64,000 bases of DNA from an uncultured Alphaproteobacteria bacterium (GCA_958267355.1 OY279575.1:1246295-1310294); one strand, 5' to 3'. Shown: positions 1-11,020, counted from the first letter of the stretch. Numbers and translations: made by a program. The notes: a model not told the origin generated them from the letters alone.

Positions 1-362
1 CGGCTGTTGTGGGTACATTGCTGGCGGGATTATTGGCTCCGTTTAACTGGCAGGCGATGGAGATGCAACATTTTATTTTTGCTTGTCTGTTGGGTTTGCA
101 TGCGATTTTTTCGCATGCGGCGATTATTATTGCGTTTTCGTTGGCACCTGCTTCGCTAGCAACAGCGTTTGGCTATGTAGGAATTTTTTGGTCGGCATTG
201 TTCGGGCTGATTATTTTTGGAGTCCTACCCGACTTGCTGGCGTGGTTAGGGATTTTGCTGGTGGTGGCGAGTGGGATCTATCTGCTGTGGCGTGAGACGC
301 ACCACAAGCTGCCGCCAACGCCGTTGCAGCGTTTGCCTGTCCCCATGGACGATACCAACTAG
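1..362 (+). CDS. EamA/DMT-family transporter, C-terminal part (5' end outside window)
   Basis: ORF 9..362 translation is hydrophobic and multi-TM, ending ...LLVVASGIYLLWRETHHK, typical of an EamA C-terminus; the open frame continues to the window start. Confidence 0.5.
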   Translation, partial: AVVGTLLAGLLAPFNWQAMEMQHFIFACLLGLHAIFSHAAIIIAFSLAPASLATAFGYVGIFWSALFGLIIFGVLPDLLAWLGILLVVASGIYLLWRETHHKLPPTPLQRLPVPMDDTN

Positions 363-595
363 GGGCTATCCCTAACCCTGTGGGGCTTGTCTTTGCTCTG
401 TGGGCTATCGCTTGCCCCGTGGGGCTATTCCCTTCCCTGTGGGCTTGTCCTTGCCCTGTGGGGCTATCCCTGCCCCGTGGGGCTATTCCTTCCCCTGTGG
501 GCTTATCCCTGCCCTGTGGGCTATTCCCCGCCTTACAGAGCTATTTCCTGCCCTGTGAAGCCTATCCCTAGCCCTGTGGTGCTGGCTCTAACTCC
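363..595. repeat. tandem repeat, ~22-bp unit (ccctgtggggctatccc...), ~10 copies
   Basis: direct reading; degenerate head-to-tail copies; the overlapping ORFs are translation artefacts. Confidence 0.8.
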
Positions 596-602
596 AAGGG
601 GG

Positions 603-631
603 TTGAAAGGGCGATTCGTTCGCCCTATATA
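603..631 (+). promoter_or_regulatory. sigma70-like promoter TTGAAA-N17-TATATA upstream of groES
   Basis: TTGAAA at 603-608 and TATATA at 626-631, immediately 5' of the CIRCE operator. Confidence 0.5.
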
Positions 632-638
632 TCCTGTG

Positions 639-665
639 TTGGCACTCACCTAAGCAGAGTGCTAA
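639..665 (+). promoter_or_regulatory. CIRCE operator (HrcA binding site) for groESL
   Basis: TTGGCACTC-acctaagca-GAGTGCTAA matches the CIRCE consensus TTAGCACTC-N9-GAGTGCTAA at 8 of 9 positions in each arm; sits upstream of groES; hrcA is present in the window. Confidence 0.8.
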
Positions 666-689
666 CAGAGAGATTTCTCTGACATAGAC

Positions 690-745
690 ACGAAATCCAC
701 CCTTACGAAATCCACCTTTACGAAATCCACTAATACGAAACCAAC
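690..745. repeat. tandem repeat, 17-bp unit (acgaaatccaccttt) x4 in the groES leader
   Basis: direct reading. Confidence 0.7.
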
Positions 746-763
746 GGAGAACAGGAGAAAACC

Positions 764-1099
764 ATGAAATTTAGACCCCTACACGATCGGGTCCTGGTTC
801 GTCGCACAGAAGAAGACGAGCGCAGTGCGGGCGGGATTATCATCCCCGACACCGCCAAGGAAAAACCTTCACAGGGCGAGATTGTAGCCGCGGGTCCTGG
901 AGCCCGCGACGAGTCAGGCCGCTTGGTAACACTCGATGTCAAAGTCGGAGACCGCGTGCTGTTTGGCAAGTGGTCTGGCACCGAGGTTAAAGTTGGCGGC
1001 GAAGAGCTGCTGATTATGAAGGAGTCCGATGTGCTCGGCGTCATCGACGGCGGACGCAAAACCGCGAAGAAGGCAACAAAGAAAGCTGCAAAGCGTTAA
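764..1099 (+). CDS. groES: co-chaperonin GroES with a 15-aa Lys/Ala-rich C-terminal tail
   Basis: [14 protein letters not shown]...[13 protein letters not shown]...[14 protein letters not shown] is canonical GroES; a tail [15 protein letters not shown] follows the normal end. Confidence 0.95.
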   Translation: MKFRPLHDRVLVRRTEEDERSAGGIIIPDTAKEKPSQGEIVAAGPGARDESGRLVTLDVKVGDRVLFGKWSGTEVKVGGEELLIMKESDVLGVIDGGRKTAKKATKKAAKR

Positions 1100-1120
1100 C
1101 TTTGTGCTGATCGCGATTGA

Positions 1121-2803
<1,683 letters not shown>

Positions 2804-2844
2804 GCCTATCCCTTATCTCTAACCTTCGTTTTCATTCCCACCCT

Positions 2845-2878
2845 GGGGGTACTGCCACGCAGTACCCCCTTTTTCTTT
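2845..2878 (+). terminator. intrinsic terminator after groEL
   Basis: hairpin gggggtactgc-cacg-cagtaccccc followed by tttttcttt. Confidence 0.7.
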
Positions 2879-2931
2879 AAGCCTTGTTAAGAAGCCTTGC
2901 TGCTTAAGCCTTGAAGCTTCCAAACCCCGCT

Positions 2932-3501
2932 CTACGATTGCGGAGCTTCTAAGCCCCAGGCGTGCCAGCCTGGGTGGTGGGTGCGGGCAAAGAGTTCAAT
3001 TTTGCTCTGGTCAGGAAACATCTCAGCAATACGGACTCGCACTTCGTCAGGCTTGGCAGAATGCACGCCACGCTCGGCTTCTAAGTATTGCCGCACATTG
3101 CGTGCTCCCCTCGGTTGGGGAATTCGTCCGCGTTTGAAGACCAAGCACAGCTCGCATTGCGACAAGGTATAAAAACCCGGATTGGTGCGTAGCTTGTTCC
3201 AAACAAAAGCCACAGTCGCCCAAGAAAAACCCCACGCCTTGCCTAAGTCTATCGCTTGGTCTAAGTGCGGATTACTGCTCCACAGAAACAACAGCGCGTC
3301 TGCTTCGCAGATCGAGTCTATCGGCCACTGTGCCATTGCATCCAACGGCACAGTCGGATAATGGCGCACCGCTCCACCCGAGTCGCCACTGCCCACACCC
3401 GCGTGTTGGAGTTGTCCCTTGTAATCCCACGGCGGGTCAGCATACAAAATCGCAAACCGCGAACGCGGAAGCGGCGGCATAGTCGCAGGCATAACAGTCA
3501 T
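2932..3501 (-). CDS. MT-A70 family N6-adenine DNA methyltransferase (small, orphan)
   Basis: ILYADPPWDY (DPPW catalytic motif) plus downstream WSSNPHL / GFSWATVAFVWNK blocks typical of MT-A70; 189 aa; no adjacent restriction endonuclease gene seen. Confidence 0.75.
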   Translation of the reverse strand: MTVMPATMPPLPRSRFAILYADPPWDYKGQLQHAGVGSGDSGGAVRHYPTVPLDAMAQWPIDSICEADALLFLWSSNPHLDQAIDLGKAWGFSWATVAFVWNKLRTNPGFYTLSQCELCLVFKRGRIPQPRGARNVRQYLEAERGVHSAKPDEVRVRIAEMFPDQSKIELFARTHHPGWHAWGLEAPQS

Positions 3502-3528
3502 ACAAAAACTCGCATAGAAGCCACACCC

Positions 3529-4248
3529 CTAACGCGGCTCGTGTCCGCGACGCGGTTTGGGTTTGGGTGCGGGCGTATCCTTGCGCGGCTTTTGGGACTT
3601 GCCAAGCGGTACAGGCTCAACGGCACCTGTAAGACCTTCCAAGCCGCCAAGCCGCAACTCTAGGGCAAGAAACCGCATCGTCTCACTGCGTAGGCTTGCC
3701 GCTCCATGCCATGGGAGAAATAATCCACGCTCGGCGGCAAGACGAAACCCAAAAGCACGGTAATACTCAGGCTCACCGATAAGCACAGCTCCACGCCAGC
3801 CTGCCCGCCGTCCTGCCGCTAGATGTTCGGCAAGCAGGGTTTTGCCTATTCCCTGTCCGCGTAGCGAAGGCTCAACGGCAAGCGGACCTGCAAGAATAAG
3901 CGGCACTTTTTCTTTGCCCGTTTTCTTGCCCGTTTTTCTGCCCGTTTCCTTGCTCGTTTGCTTATCACTTTGCTGGCTCGTTTCCTTGACCGTTTCCTTG
4001 CTAGTTTCTGTGTCGCTGTCCTTGCCCACCTGGACTTCCCAGCCACGGACCACACCCAAAAGACGCGCCGCCCCTGACGCATCCTGTGCTTCAGCGACAC
4101 GACACAAACCCGCTATCGGTTTGCGTCCTTGGCGGAACAACTCCGAGCGACGCAAATGCCGCTCGCCGCCAAAGGCACGGTCTAAAAGCCGCTCAATCTG
4201 TTCTGTATCTGCTACGCGTTCTGCGCGTGTGCGCCAAGCCGCCGACAT
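3529..4248 (-). CDS. GNAT family N-acetyltransferase (YhbS-like) with an internal KET/KQT repeat insertion
   Basis: C-terminal acetyl-CoA binding block LAVEPSLRGQGIGKTLL...YYRAFGF; internal SKETVKETSQQSDKQTSKETGRKTGKKTGKEK is encoded by a 15-bp tandem repeat at ~3890-4010. Confidence 0.7.
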   Translation of the reverse strand: MSAAWRTRAERVADTEQIERLLDRAFGGERHLRRSELFRQGRKPIAGLCRVAEAQDASGAARLLGVVRGWEVQVGKDSDTETSKETVKETSQQSDKQTSKETGRKTGKKTGKEKVPLILAGPLAVEPSLRGQGIGKTLLAEHLAAGRRAGWRGAVLIGEPEYYRAFGFRLAAERGLFLPWHGAASLRSETMRFLALELRLGGLEGLTGAVEPVPLGKSQKPRKDTPAPKPKPRRGHEPR

Positions 4249-4274
4249 TGCCTTGCCTAACTCTTACGATTCCG

Positions 4275-4425
4275 TTGCTGTCTTGTTGCCTGTCCTGTGG
4301 CTTGCCTTGTTGCTGTCCTGTGGCTTGCCCTGTTGCTGTCCTGTGGCTTGCCTTGTTGCTGTCCTGTGGCTTGCCTTGTTGCTGTCCTGTGGCGTGCCCT
4401 GTTGCTGTCCTGCTTGCTGTTCTGT
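4275..4425. repeat. tandem repeat, 21-bp unit (ctgtcctgtggcttgccttgttg) x7
   Basis: direct reading; generates spurious Cys-rich ORFs in both frames. Confidence 0.85.
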
Positions 4426-4451
4426 TGCGGAGCTTTGTCTGCTTTGCGTGG

Positions 4452-5021
4452 CTACTGTCCGAACCGCACGGAAGGATCGCGCAAAAATTCTTCTTCTTCA
4501 GGCGTAGTCTCCCGCCCCAAGACTTCATTGCGATGCGGAAACCTGCCAAAGCGGGCAATTATTTCGTGGTGTTTCTTAGCGTAGAGCATTAGCTCCTCGC
4601 TATCGCCCAAGGAGGCAAAGAGAGCAAGCGAGCGTTCTTGGTCTTCTAGCCGTTCGCTATGTTCAAAGGGCAGGTACAGAAACACGCGTTCTGGGATCAT
4701 CAAGGTGCGGTCTTGTCCGCGTTCAATTGCGGCGGCACTGACGCGGCGGGCTTGGGCGTCGCTGGCAAAGGCTCGTGCGGTACGGCGGAACAGATTGCGT
4801 GGCACTTGGTCTAGCAACAAAACCAGAGCCAGCGAGCCATGCGGAGTCTCTACCCAAGAGTCCAAACGTTGGGCGGCGGCAAGGCTATGGGCTTCGCTCA
4901 GTTGGAGGCGAATTTCTTCATCAAAGCCCGAGTCAGAGGAAAACCACTGCTCTTGTCGGCCTTCCCTGAACCAGAAGTCCAGAATGCCCTGGGCGTCGGT
5001 GATGGAAGCAAGGCTCGTCAT
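4452..5021 (-). CDS. DUF924 family protein
   Basis: W-rich N-terminus (ILDFWF...QWF), LLLDQVPRN and FGRFPHRNEVLGRETTPEE motifs characteristic of DUF924. Confidence 0.75.
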   Translation of the reverse strand: MTSLASITDAQGILDFWFREGRQEQWFSSDSGFDEEIRLQLSEAHSLAAAQRLDSWVETPHGSLALVLLLDQVPRNLFRRTARAFASDAQARRVSAAAIERGQDRTLMIPERVFLYLPFEHSERLEDQERSLALFASLGDSEELMLYAKKHHEIIARFGRFPHRNEVLGRETTPEEEEFLRDPSVRFGQ

Positions 5022-5067
5022 AAAGCAAGACTAGGCGTAGAGACTCCATACGGCAAGAAGTGGTGCT

Positions 5068-6366
5068 GTGAGCGGTGCTATTCTGGTTTTTGTGTTGTCG
5101 CTGACTGATAGTTCTGTGCGTCTTTCGCTGGCGGAAGCTCTGGCGCGTTTGGAGCGTGATTTCGCGCCTGCGCGGCGTCTGGTGGATAGCTCCGAGCAGG
5201 TGCCGCTTGCCGAGGCGTTAGGGCGGGTTCTGGCGGAGCCTGTACTTGCTGGGCGGGCTGTTCCGCCAACCGACAACGCCGCCGTGGATGGCTGGGCGTT
5301 TTGCCATGACGGGGCAGAGGGTAAGGCACAGGGTGGGACAAGCGGGGCGCGGATTTCGTTACAGGTTATTGGCCGTGCGGCGGCAGGTCATCCCTTTGAC
5401 GGAGTGGTTAAGTCGGGGCAAGCGGTGCGTATCTTTACGGGTGCGGCTTTACCGCAAGGAGCCGATACGGTGGCTCCTGAAGAAGTTTGTGAAGTTGGCG
5501 GTGATCTTGTTGCGGTGCCTGCTGACTTGCAGGCAGGAAGCAACGCTCGCAAAGCAGGAGAAGACTTAACGCAAGGGCAAGAAGCTTTACCTGTGGGGCG
5601 GCGCTTGCGTCCGCAGGATGTGGGTTTGGCGGCGGCGTGTGGTCTGGGGCGGGTTGCGGTGCGGCAGCGTTTGTCGGTGGCGGTATTTTCCAGCGGAGAT
5701 GAATTGATTGACCCGCCACAAGAACCAGATGCGGCGGGGGTATGGGATAGCAATCGGGCAATGGTTTGCGCTTTGCTTTCGGCTCTTGGCTGCGTTGTGG
5801 AAGATGGAGGAATTTTACCCGATGCACGACAGGCGACAGAGTCGGCTTTGGCACGGGCGGCGGAAAGTCATGACCTTGTTTTGGCATCGGGCGGAATGTC
5901 TGCGGGCGAGGAAGATCATCTACGCCTTGCCGCTGAGTCTTTGGGCGGACTTTCTTTCTGGCGGCTTGCCATTAAGCCCGGCAGACCTATTGCTTTAGGA
6001 CAAATTTGCCAAACGCCATTTGCGGGTTTGCCTGGGAATCCTGTGGCGGCGTTTGTGACTTTTGTGGTTTTTGTGCGTCCGTTGATTTTGCGTCTGACGG
6101 GAGCTATTCCCGAGCCGCCGATTGGTGTTCCTGTGGCGGCAGGATTTTCTATGGCGAAGAAGACAGGCAGGCGTGAGTGGGTGCGGGTATCGCTTTGCAC
6201 TGATGCGGCGGGTCGGGTTTATTGTGAGAAGTTCCCGCGTTCTGGGGCGGGTATTTTATCGTCTCTGACCGAGACCAGTGGCTTGCTGGAGTTGGCTGAA
6301 GACCTAGACAGGGTGGAAGCGGGTGCGGTTTATCCGTTTTTGTCTTTTTCTTCGCTGATCTATTAG
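5068..6366 (+). CDS. moeA: molybdopterin molybdenumtransferase MoeA
   Basis: GADTVAPEE, ASGGMSAGEEDH and IALGQ...PGNPVAAFVTF motifs; 432 aa. Confidence 0.9.
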   Translation: MSGAILVFVLSLTDSSVRLSLAEALARLERDFAPARRLVDSSEQVPLAEALGRVLAEPVLAGRAVPPTDNAAVDGWAFCHDGAEGKAQGGTSGARISLQVIGRAAAGHPFDGVVKSGQAVRIFTGAALPQGADTVAPEEVCEVGGDLVAVPADLQAGSNARKAGEDLTQGQEALPVGRRLRPQDVGLAAACGLGRVAVRQRLSVAVFSSGDELIDPPQEPDAAGVWDSNRAMVCALLSALGCVVEDGGILPDARQATESALARAAESHDLVLASGGMSAGEEDHLRLAAESLGGLSFWRLAIKPGRPIALGQICQTPFAGLPGNPVAAFVTFVVFVRPLILRLTGAIPEPPIGVPVAAGFSMAKKTGRREWVRVSLCTDAAGRVYCEKFPRSGAGILSSLTETSGLLELAEDLDRVEAGAVYPFLSFSSLIY

Positions 6367-6370
6367 GGGT

Positions 6371-6649
6371 TTGCAAATGGCGGAAACAATCCAGCTGAAG
6401 ACTTTTGCTTGGGTGCGGGAAGCGATTGGCACTGACGAACAGGCTTGTCCTTTGCCGCAGGTGCGCGGTGGAGCGTCTGTGCGCGATTTACTAGACGCAC
6501 TGGCGGGACGCGATGAAGCGTGGCGGGGCTTATTGGCGAGTCGCCGTGAGCAGTTGTGCTTTGCGGTTAATCACAAGCTTTGCGGACAAGACCAAGTTCT
6601 TGCCGCAGGAGATGAAGTGGCGATTTTTCCGCCCATCACGGGGGGGTAG
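6371..6649 (+). CDS. moaD: molybdopterin synthase sulfur-carrier subunit MoaD
   Basis: 92 aa, ends in PPITGG (C-terminal Gly-Gly), immediately after moeA. Confidence 0.8.
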   Translation: MQMAETIQLKTFAWVREAIGTDEQACPLPQVRGGASVRDLLDALAGRDEAWRGLLASRREQLCFAVNHKLCGQDQVLAAGDEVAIFPPITGG

Positions 6650-6764
6650 CTTTTGGCGGGAGGGCAATTCCGTGCTTTTCGCGGCGGGATAATTTCTGTG
6701 GCTAACTTTTACTGTGGCTAACTTTTACTGCTAACCCTAACGCTAGCTCTACTAGCAACAAGGG

Positions 6765-6905
6765 GCGGAATTGCTCCATCTAATCGGTGGGGGAATTGCC
6801 CCATCTAATCGGTGGGGGGAATTGCCCCATCTAATCAGTCGGGGAATTGCCCCATCTAATCGGTGGGGGAAATTGCCCCATCTAATCAGTGGGCGGAATT
6901 GCCCC
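6765..6905. repeat. tandem repeat, ~24-bp unit (ggaattgccccatctaatcggtgg) x6; a second 17-bp duplicate at 6697-6730
   Basis: direct reading. Confidence 0.85.
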
Positions 6906-6911
6906 AGCGGA

Positions 6912-7412
6912 CTAACGAGTCGGAGTCGGTGTATTAAAGCGCCCGAAGTTTCCGACAAATTGTTGCCATAGAGTGAATTGTCGTCCTGGCGTTGGTGTGG
7001 TGCGAGCGCGTGGAATAATTAATTGTCCGTTGTCGTAGGTTAGAATTTCGCGCTCACTGACGAATCCTGTTTCGTCAAAGTGCAGGACAATAATTCGTCT
7101 ATCTAGCACTTTGGTGTCGTGGTAGGTTTTTTGTGAAGTTCGCTCGCCGATGTAGAGCCAGGTTTCGCCTTCGTCTGTGCCGCGTAGCATGCGCCGTGTG
7201 CTGGGCTCGCCAAGGAAGCTACGCACGGCATCGCGGTTGAGTGATTCGCCTTCTAAGACGGCGATATCTGCGTCTTCTAGGAAGTGTCCGCGGGTGGCGA
7301 GTCGTTCCTGACAGGCTGACAGAGCCAGCAGGAGTGCAAGCCCCACTGCCAGCCATAGGGGGCGTAATCCTACGGGCTGGGCGGGTGCGCCTTGGGGGTG
7401 GAAAGTAGCCAT
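6912..7412 (-). CDS. bamE: outer-membrane assembly lipoprotein BamE (SmpA/OmlA)
   Basis: signal peptide with lipobox LALSAC, mature domain with ADIAVLEGESLNRDAVRSFLGEPS; start chosen at MATFHPQ, upstream in-frame ATGs at 7454 and 7490 are possible. Confidence 0.7.
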   Translation of the reverse strand: MATFHPQGAPAQPVGLRPLWLAVGLALLLALSACQERLATRGHFLEDADIAVLEGESLNRDAVRSFLGEPSTRRMLRGTDEGETWLYIGERTSQKTYHDTKVLDRRIIVLHFDETGFVSEREILTYDNGQLIIPRARTTPTPGRQFTLWQQFVGNFGRFNTPTPTR

Positions 7413-7484
7413 TGCTGTAATTTGTCCTCGGACAAGTCCGCGTGGAAGAATCATAGCCAATTCGCCTATACAATACCAAGTGTT

Positions 7485-8243
7485 ATGCAAAGGACAATTT
7501 CTAGGCTTGTCGCTTCTAGGCTTGTTGCTTCTAAGTCAGCGGCTTCTAGGTCAGCCGCTTCTAAGCCTGCTGTGGGCTCGGTGGCGATGACAGGCGCGGC
7601 GGTTTCTACGCTCTATGCGGACTTAGTTACGGCGACTCGGGCTCTGGGCTGGGCGGACTCTGCCGAGCCTGTGCGGGCGGGGCAGTGGCTTCGTCCGCAA
7701 TGGGAGGCACAGGTTCTGGTCTATTGTCTGCTCCACGAGCGGATTGTCGGTGAAGCGGCGGAGCAATCTGTTCAGCAGGCGGATGGTTTAACGCCTCGGG
7801 CTTTTGCCCAGAGTGTTTTTGATTTGATGACCTATGACTGGGATCAGACTTTGCGTGTCCGTGGTTCGGGAGATGCTAAGACAGTTCGTTTAATGCGGCA
7901 TTTGGGGCAGGGGTTTTACGGACGCATGCAGGGGTATCAAGAAGCCGTGGCACAGGATAGTCATCAAGCCCGCGAGCGGGCTTTGGCGGAAATGCTTGCG
8001 CGTACTTTGTTTGCTGATAGCGTGGATGATGATTCCATTGCGGAGTCTGCGCGTCGGGTGGGGCGGGAAGTTTTGGCGTTGCGGGAAGCTTTACGGCTTC
8101 GTGATGTGGCGGAAGTTTGGGCGGGGGTTTGTTTGACGGCGGCGGTGCGGTCTATGGGTGTGGCGAGACAAGAAGCCGAGGCAAAGTCAGAGCCAAAAGC
8201 CGAGGCAAGGGCAAAGCCAGAGTCCGAACGGGGAGTTGCGTAA
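7485..8243 (+). CDS. ubiquinol-cytochrome c chaperone family protein (Cbp3-like)
   Basis: WEAQVLVYCLLHERI...FAQSVFDLMTYDWDQTLRVRG...VRLMRHLGQGFYGRMQGY matches the Ubiq_cyt_C_chap domain; start uncertain (7392, 7485 or 7587) because the 5' end runs through an 18-bp tandem repeat at 7500-7570. Confidence 0.65.
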   Translation: MQRTISRLVASRLVASKSAASRSAASKPAVGSVAMTGAAVSTLYADLVTATRALGWADSAEPVRAGQWLRPQWEAQVLVYCLLHERIVGEAAEQSVQQADGLTPRAFAQSVFDLMTYDWDQTLRVRGSGDAKTVRLMRHLGQGFYGRMQGYQEAVAQDSHQARERALAEMLARTLFADSVDDDSIAESARRVGREVLALREALRLRDVAEVWAGVCLTAAVRSMGVARQEAEAKSEPKAEARAKPESERGVA

Positions 8244-8261
8244 GGGCTCGTATCTGCGGGT

Positions 8262-9071
8262 TTGGGTGCGCGAATAGGGTTTATGCGGAATTCCTTTTCT
8301 TCGTCTGGGGGGCAGGCTGGGGAGCAGACTGACACGCAAGCTGAGTCTCGAGCTGGCTCTGCGGGTGCGGAATTTTCGCACAGGATTGCTCTAGCTGAAA
8401 TCAGCTCTCGCGGACTTAGCCTATCCCTAGAAGCCAACGCGCAGGAGCGACAAGCGGTCGCGGAGCGATTGCGTCTTGTGGCGGTAGCACACTTGGCGGG
8501 AAGTTTTACGCTTATGCGTGAAGCGGCGGGGGTAATCCGTGCCGAGGGTAAGTTAGAAGCGCGTTGCACGCAGACTTGCGTGGTTTCGCTGGAGCCTTTG
8601 ACTCGTGAAGTTCGCAAGTCTTTGCGGGTGCGGTTTTTTCCGCGGGCGGCGGCACAGGAAGCCACGCCGAGGGGAAAGACAGAGAGGGGAAAGACAGATA
8701 CGCGAAGCAATGCGCCTAGAGAAACTGAAACTAGAGCCAAAGCTGGAACAACTGGCGCAAAGTCTTCACGGGCTTCTGCGGTGGGTTCTGGCTATGACTT
8801 GATTGCGGATCCGTTTGCTACGGATGAAGAAGATGCACTTTTTTATAGTGGTCTTGCGGGGCCTGATTTGGGCGAGGCTTTGGTGCAGGAGTTGGCGTTA
8901 TCGCTGGATCCATATCCGAGGCGTGAAAACGCGGCTTTGACCCAGACCACCTGGGGCGAAGAAGCGGGAGACGATAAAGCGAGAGATGATAAAGCGGGAG
9001 ACAAAGTAGGAAATGAAGCAGGTAGCGAAGCGGCAGATGATACGGCGACAGGCACGGGTTCCAAGCCTTAG
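8262..9071 (+). CDS. yceD: YceD/DUF177 family protein (23S rRNA accumulation protein) with low-complexity insertion and acidic tail
   Basis: position immediately upstream of rpmF-plsX-fabH; conserved block EARCTQTCVVSLEPL; inserted TPRGKTERGKTDTRS repeat. Confidence 0.6.
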   Translation: MGARIGFMRNSFSSSGGQAGEQTDTQAESRAGSAGAEFSHRIALAEISSRGLSLSLEANAQERQAVAERLRLVAVAHLAGSFTLMREAAGVIRAEGKLEARCTQTCVVSLEPLTREVRKSLRVRFFPRAAAQEATPRGKTERGKTDTRSNAPRETETRAKAGTTGAKSSRASAVGSGYDLIADPFATDEEDALFYSGLAGPDLGEALVQELALSLDPYPRRENAALTQTTWGEEAGDDKARDDKAGDKVGNEAGSEAADDTATGTGSKP

Positions 9072-9227
9072 CTTTAAGTCTGAAATCTGGAGTGCGGAAA
9101 ATCTGGATTGAATTTGTGGCAATTTGCTAAAAACTGCGCTTTAACCTATCTTTACGGCAGTTAACGGCTCTACTTCTAGGCAAGGACTGGGCTTCTAAGG
9201 GCTTAGTTTTTAGCGAAAGGCTTTGTT

Positions 9228-9416
9228 ATGGCAGTTCCTAAGAGAAAAACGACTCCGAGCAAGCGCGGCTTGCGGCGGAGCCACGACAGCTTGCGCCAGG
9301 CTTCCCCTGCTTGGGTGGAGGACAAAGACAGCGGCGAGCTGCGCCGCCCGCATCATATTGACCTAAAAACGGGTCAGTACAACGGAAGGGAAGTCCTGCC
9401 ACCATCCGAGCGTTGA
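9228..9416 (+). CDS. rpmF: 50S ribosomal protein L32
   Basis: [20 protein letters not shown]...[15 protein letters not shown] canonical L32. Confidence 0.95.
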   Translation: MAVPKRKTTPSKRGLRRSHDSLRQASPAWVEDKDSGELRRPHHIDLKTGQYNGREVLPPSER

Positions 9417-9516
9417 GTTGGTGGCGGAATGCATTCCCGCCGTGTTTGTGTGTATTTTCTTGTCGTGTTTTTTTGCTGTCTGGCTGTATTTTTCTGTTCG
9501 GCGTGGTTGGTAGTGG

Positions 9517-10593
9517 ATGGGTAGGCACGCGGTGGGCGGTTCTGAGATTACTCTAGCGATTGATGCGATGGGCGGAGCGCATGCGCCGCCTGTTGCTGTG
9601 CGGGGTGCGACTTTGGCGTTGCAGGATCATCCGCGTTTGCGCTTTCTGCTGTTCGGAGATGAACAGGCTTTGGCGCATGAGCTTAAGCGTAAGGGCAATG
9701 CGGCGTTGCGCTCGGTTGCGGAAATTTGCCATGCCCCTGATAGGGTGGCTGATGATGATAAGCCTTCGGCGGCGGTGCGGCGTGGACGCGAGTCATCTAT
9801 GTGGCTGGCTTTGCAGGCGGTTGGAGAAAAGCGGGCGATTGCTGCGGTTTCGGGTGGCAATACGGGGGCTTTTATGGCGATGGCGCGTTTGAACCTGAAG
9901 CCGATGGAAGGTGTGCATCGTCCTGCGATTGCATCTTTTTTGCCGAGTGCTAAGGGGCCAATTGTTTTGCTTGACCTTGGAGCGACTGTGCAATGTTCGG
10001 CACGGAATTTGGTTGAATTTGCGATTATGGGTACGGCGTTTGCGCATTCGGTTTTGGACAAGGAAAATCCGACTTGTGCTTTGTTGAATGTTGGCGAGGA
10101 AGATGTAAAGGGACACGAAGAATTGCGCGAAGCGGCGCGGTTGATGCAGAATGTGGAGATTTCGGGTGCGTTTATTGGTTTCGTTGAAGGACACGATATT
10201 GCGCAAGGTGGTGCGGATGTGATTGTCACCGATGGGTTTACGGGCAACATAGCTCTCAAGACTGCTGAAGGGGCGGTTAATTTACTGAATGATACTTTGC
10301 GGCAAAGGCTTAAGGCTTCGCCTTTGTCTAGGCTTGGGGCTTTGCTGGTGGGTCCGTCGTTGAAGCGTGGTTTGTCGCGTTATGATCCGCGGCACCACAA
10401 CGGAGCTGTATTTCTGGGGCTAGATGGCTTGGCAATCAAAAGCCACGGACGCATGGACGAAATCGGCTTTGCGCGGGCGATTGAAGTTGCGGCGGCTTTG
10501 TCGGAGCATGATTTTCTGCACCAAGTTCAGGATGCAATTGCCCGCCAACCAGACCAAGCCACGGCGCAATCTGAATCTTCTGTACCTGCTTAG
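9517..10593 (+). CDS. plsX: phosphate acyltransferase PlsX
   Basis: ITLAIDAMGGAHAP...GGNTGAFMAMA...VVTDGFTGNIALKT; 358 aa. Confidence 0.93.
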   Translation: MGRHAVGGSEITLAIDAMGGAHAPPVAVRGATLALQDHPRLRFLLFGDEQALAHELKRKGNAALRSVAEICHAPDRVADDDKPSAAVRRGRESSMWLALQAVGEKRAIAAVSGGNTGAFMAMARLNLKPMEGVHRPAIASFLPSAKGPIVLLDLGATVQCSARNLVEFAIMGTAFAHSVLDKENPTCALLNVGEEDVKGHEELREAARLMQNVEISGAFIGFVEGHDIAQGGADVIVTDGFTGNIALKTAEGAVNLLNDTLRQRLKASPLSRLGALLVGPSLKRGLSRYDPRHHNGAVFLGLDGLAIKSHGRMDEIGFARAIEVAAALSEHDFLHQVQDAIARQPDQATAQSESSVPA

Positions 10594-10699
10594 AGACTTG
10601 CCGAGCCTTAGAGACTTGCCGAGCTTTGTACGGATATTTTTACTGAATCGCTATACAATCGGTTCGTCAAACCGCTTTACAATTGCTTTACAAACGCTT

Positions 10700-11020
10700 C
10701 TGCCCTGATTGCCCCCTACTGCCCTAGCTTTGCTCCCCTGTAAGCCTTGTCTATACCCCTACGCTCCATAGCCCCCTATCGCCCCTGTAAGCCCTTCTAG
10801 CCCCCTTACGCTCCATAACCACTCCATAGCCCCCCTATCGCCCCTGTAAGCCCTTCTAGCCCCCTTACACTCCATTACCACTCCATAACCGCTCCATAGC
10901 CCCCTACTGCCCCTGTACGCCCTTCTAGCCCCCTTACGCTATCGCCTTATCCCCTATCCCTCACCTAATCCCCCCTACCCCCCCTTAAATCCCCCCCCTT
11001 TCCCCTATCCCCCCCTTCCC
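10700..11020. repeat. degenerate tandem repeat (~55-60-bp unit, C-rich: ccatagcccccctatcgcccctgtaagcccttctagcccccttacgct) ending in a poly-C/T tract abutting the fabH start
   Basis: direct reading; no unique spacers, so not CRISPR. Confidence 0.85.

Noticed and set aside
2932-3501. Prophage or mobile island suggested by the MT-A70 methyltransferase
   Set aside because: No integrase, transposase, terminase, capsid or att-like repeats are nearby. The flanking genes are groEL and core metabolism.
4086-4592. Cys/Leu-rich ORFs (4086..4592, 4297..4584, 3842..4507) and LCVAY-repeat ORFs (15540..15722, 15706..15897, 15726..15941)
   Set aside because: They are translations of tandem DNA repeats in arbitrary frames, have no start context and overlap better-supported genes or lie in intergenic arrays.
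9627-10259. Antisense ORFs inside plsX (9627..10259, 9793..10206) and inside fabH (11089..11385, 11144..11509 and others)
   Set aside because: They sit opposite strongly conserved genes in GC-rich DNA. These are typical shadow ORFs.
10700-11020. Possible CRISPR arrays at this and other tandem-repeat blocks (20041-20225, 43755-43915, 44800-44990)
   Set aside because: Units are head-to-tail degenerate copies without unique spacers of matching length, and no cas genes or leader are present.
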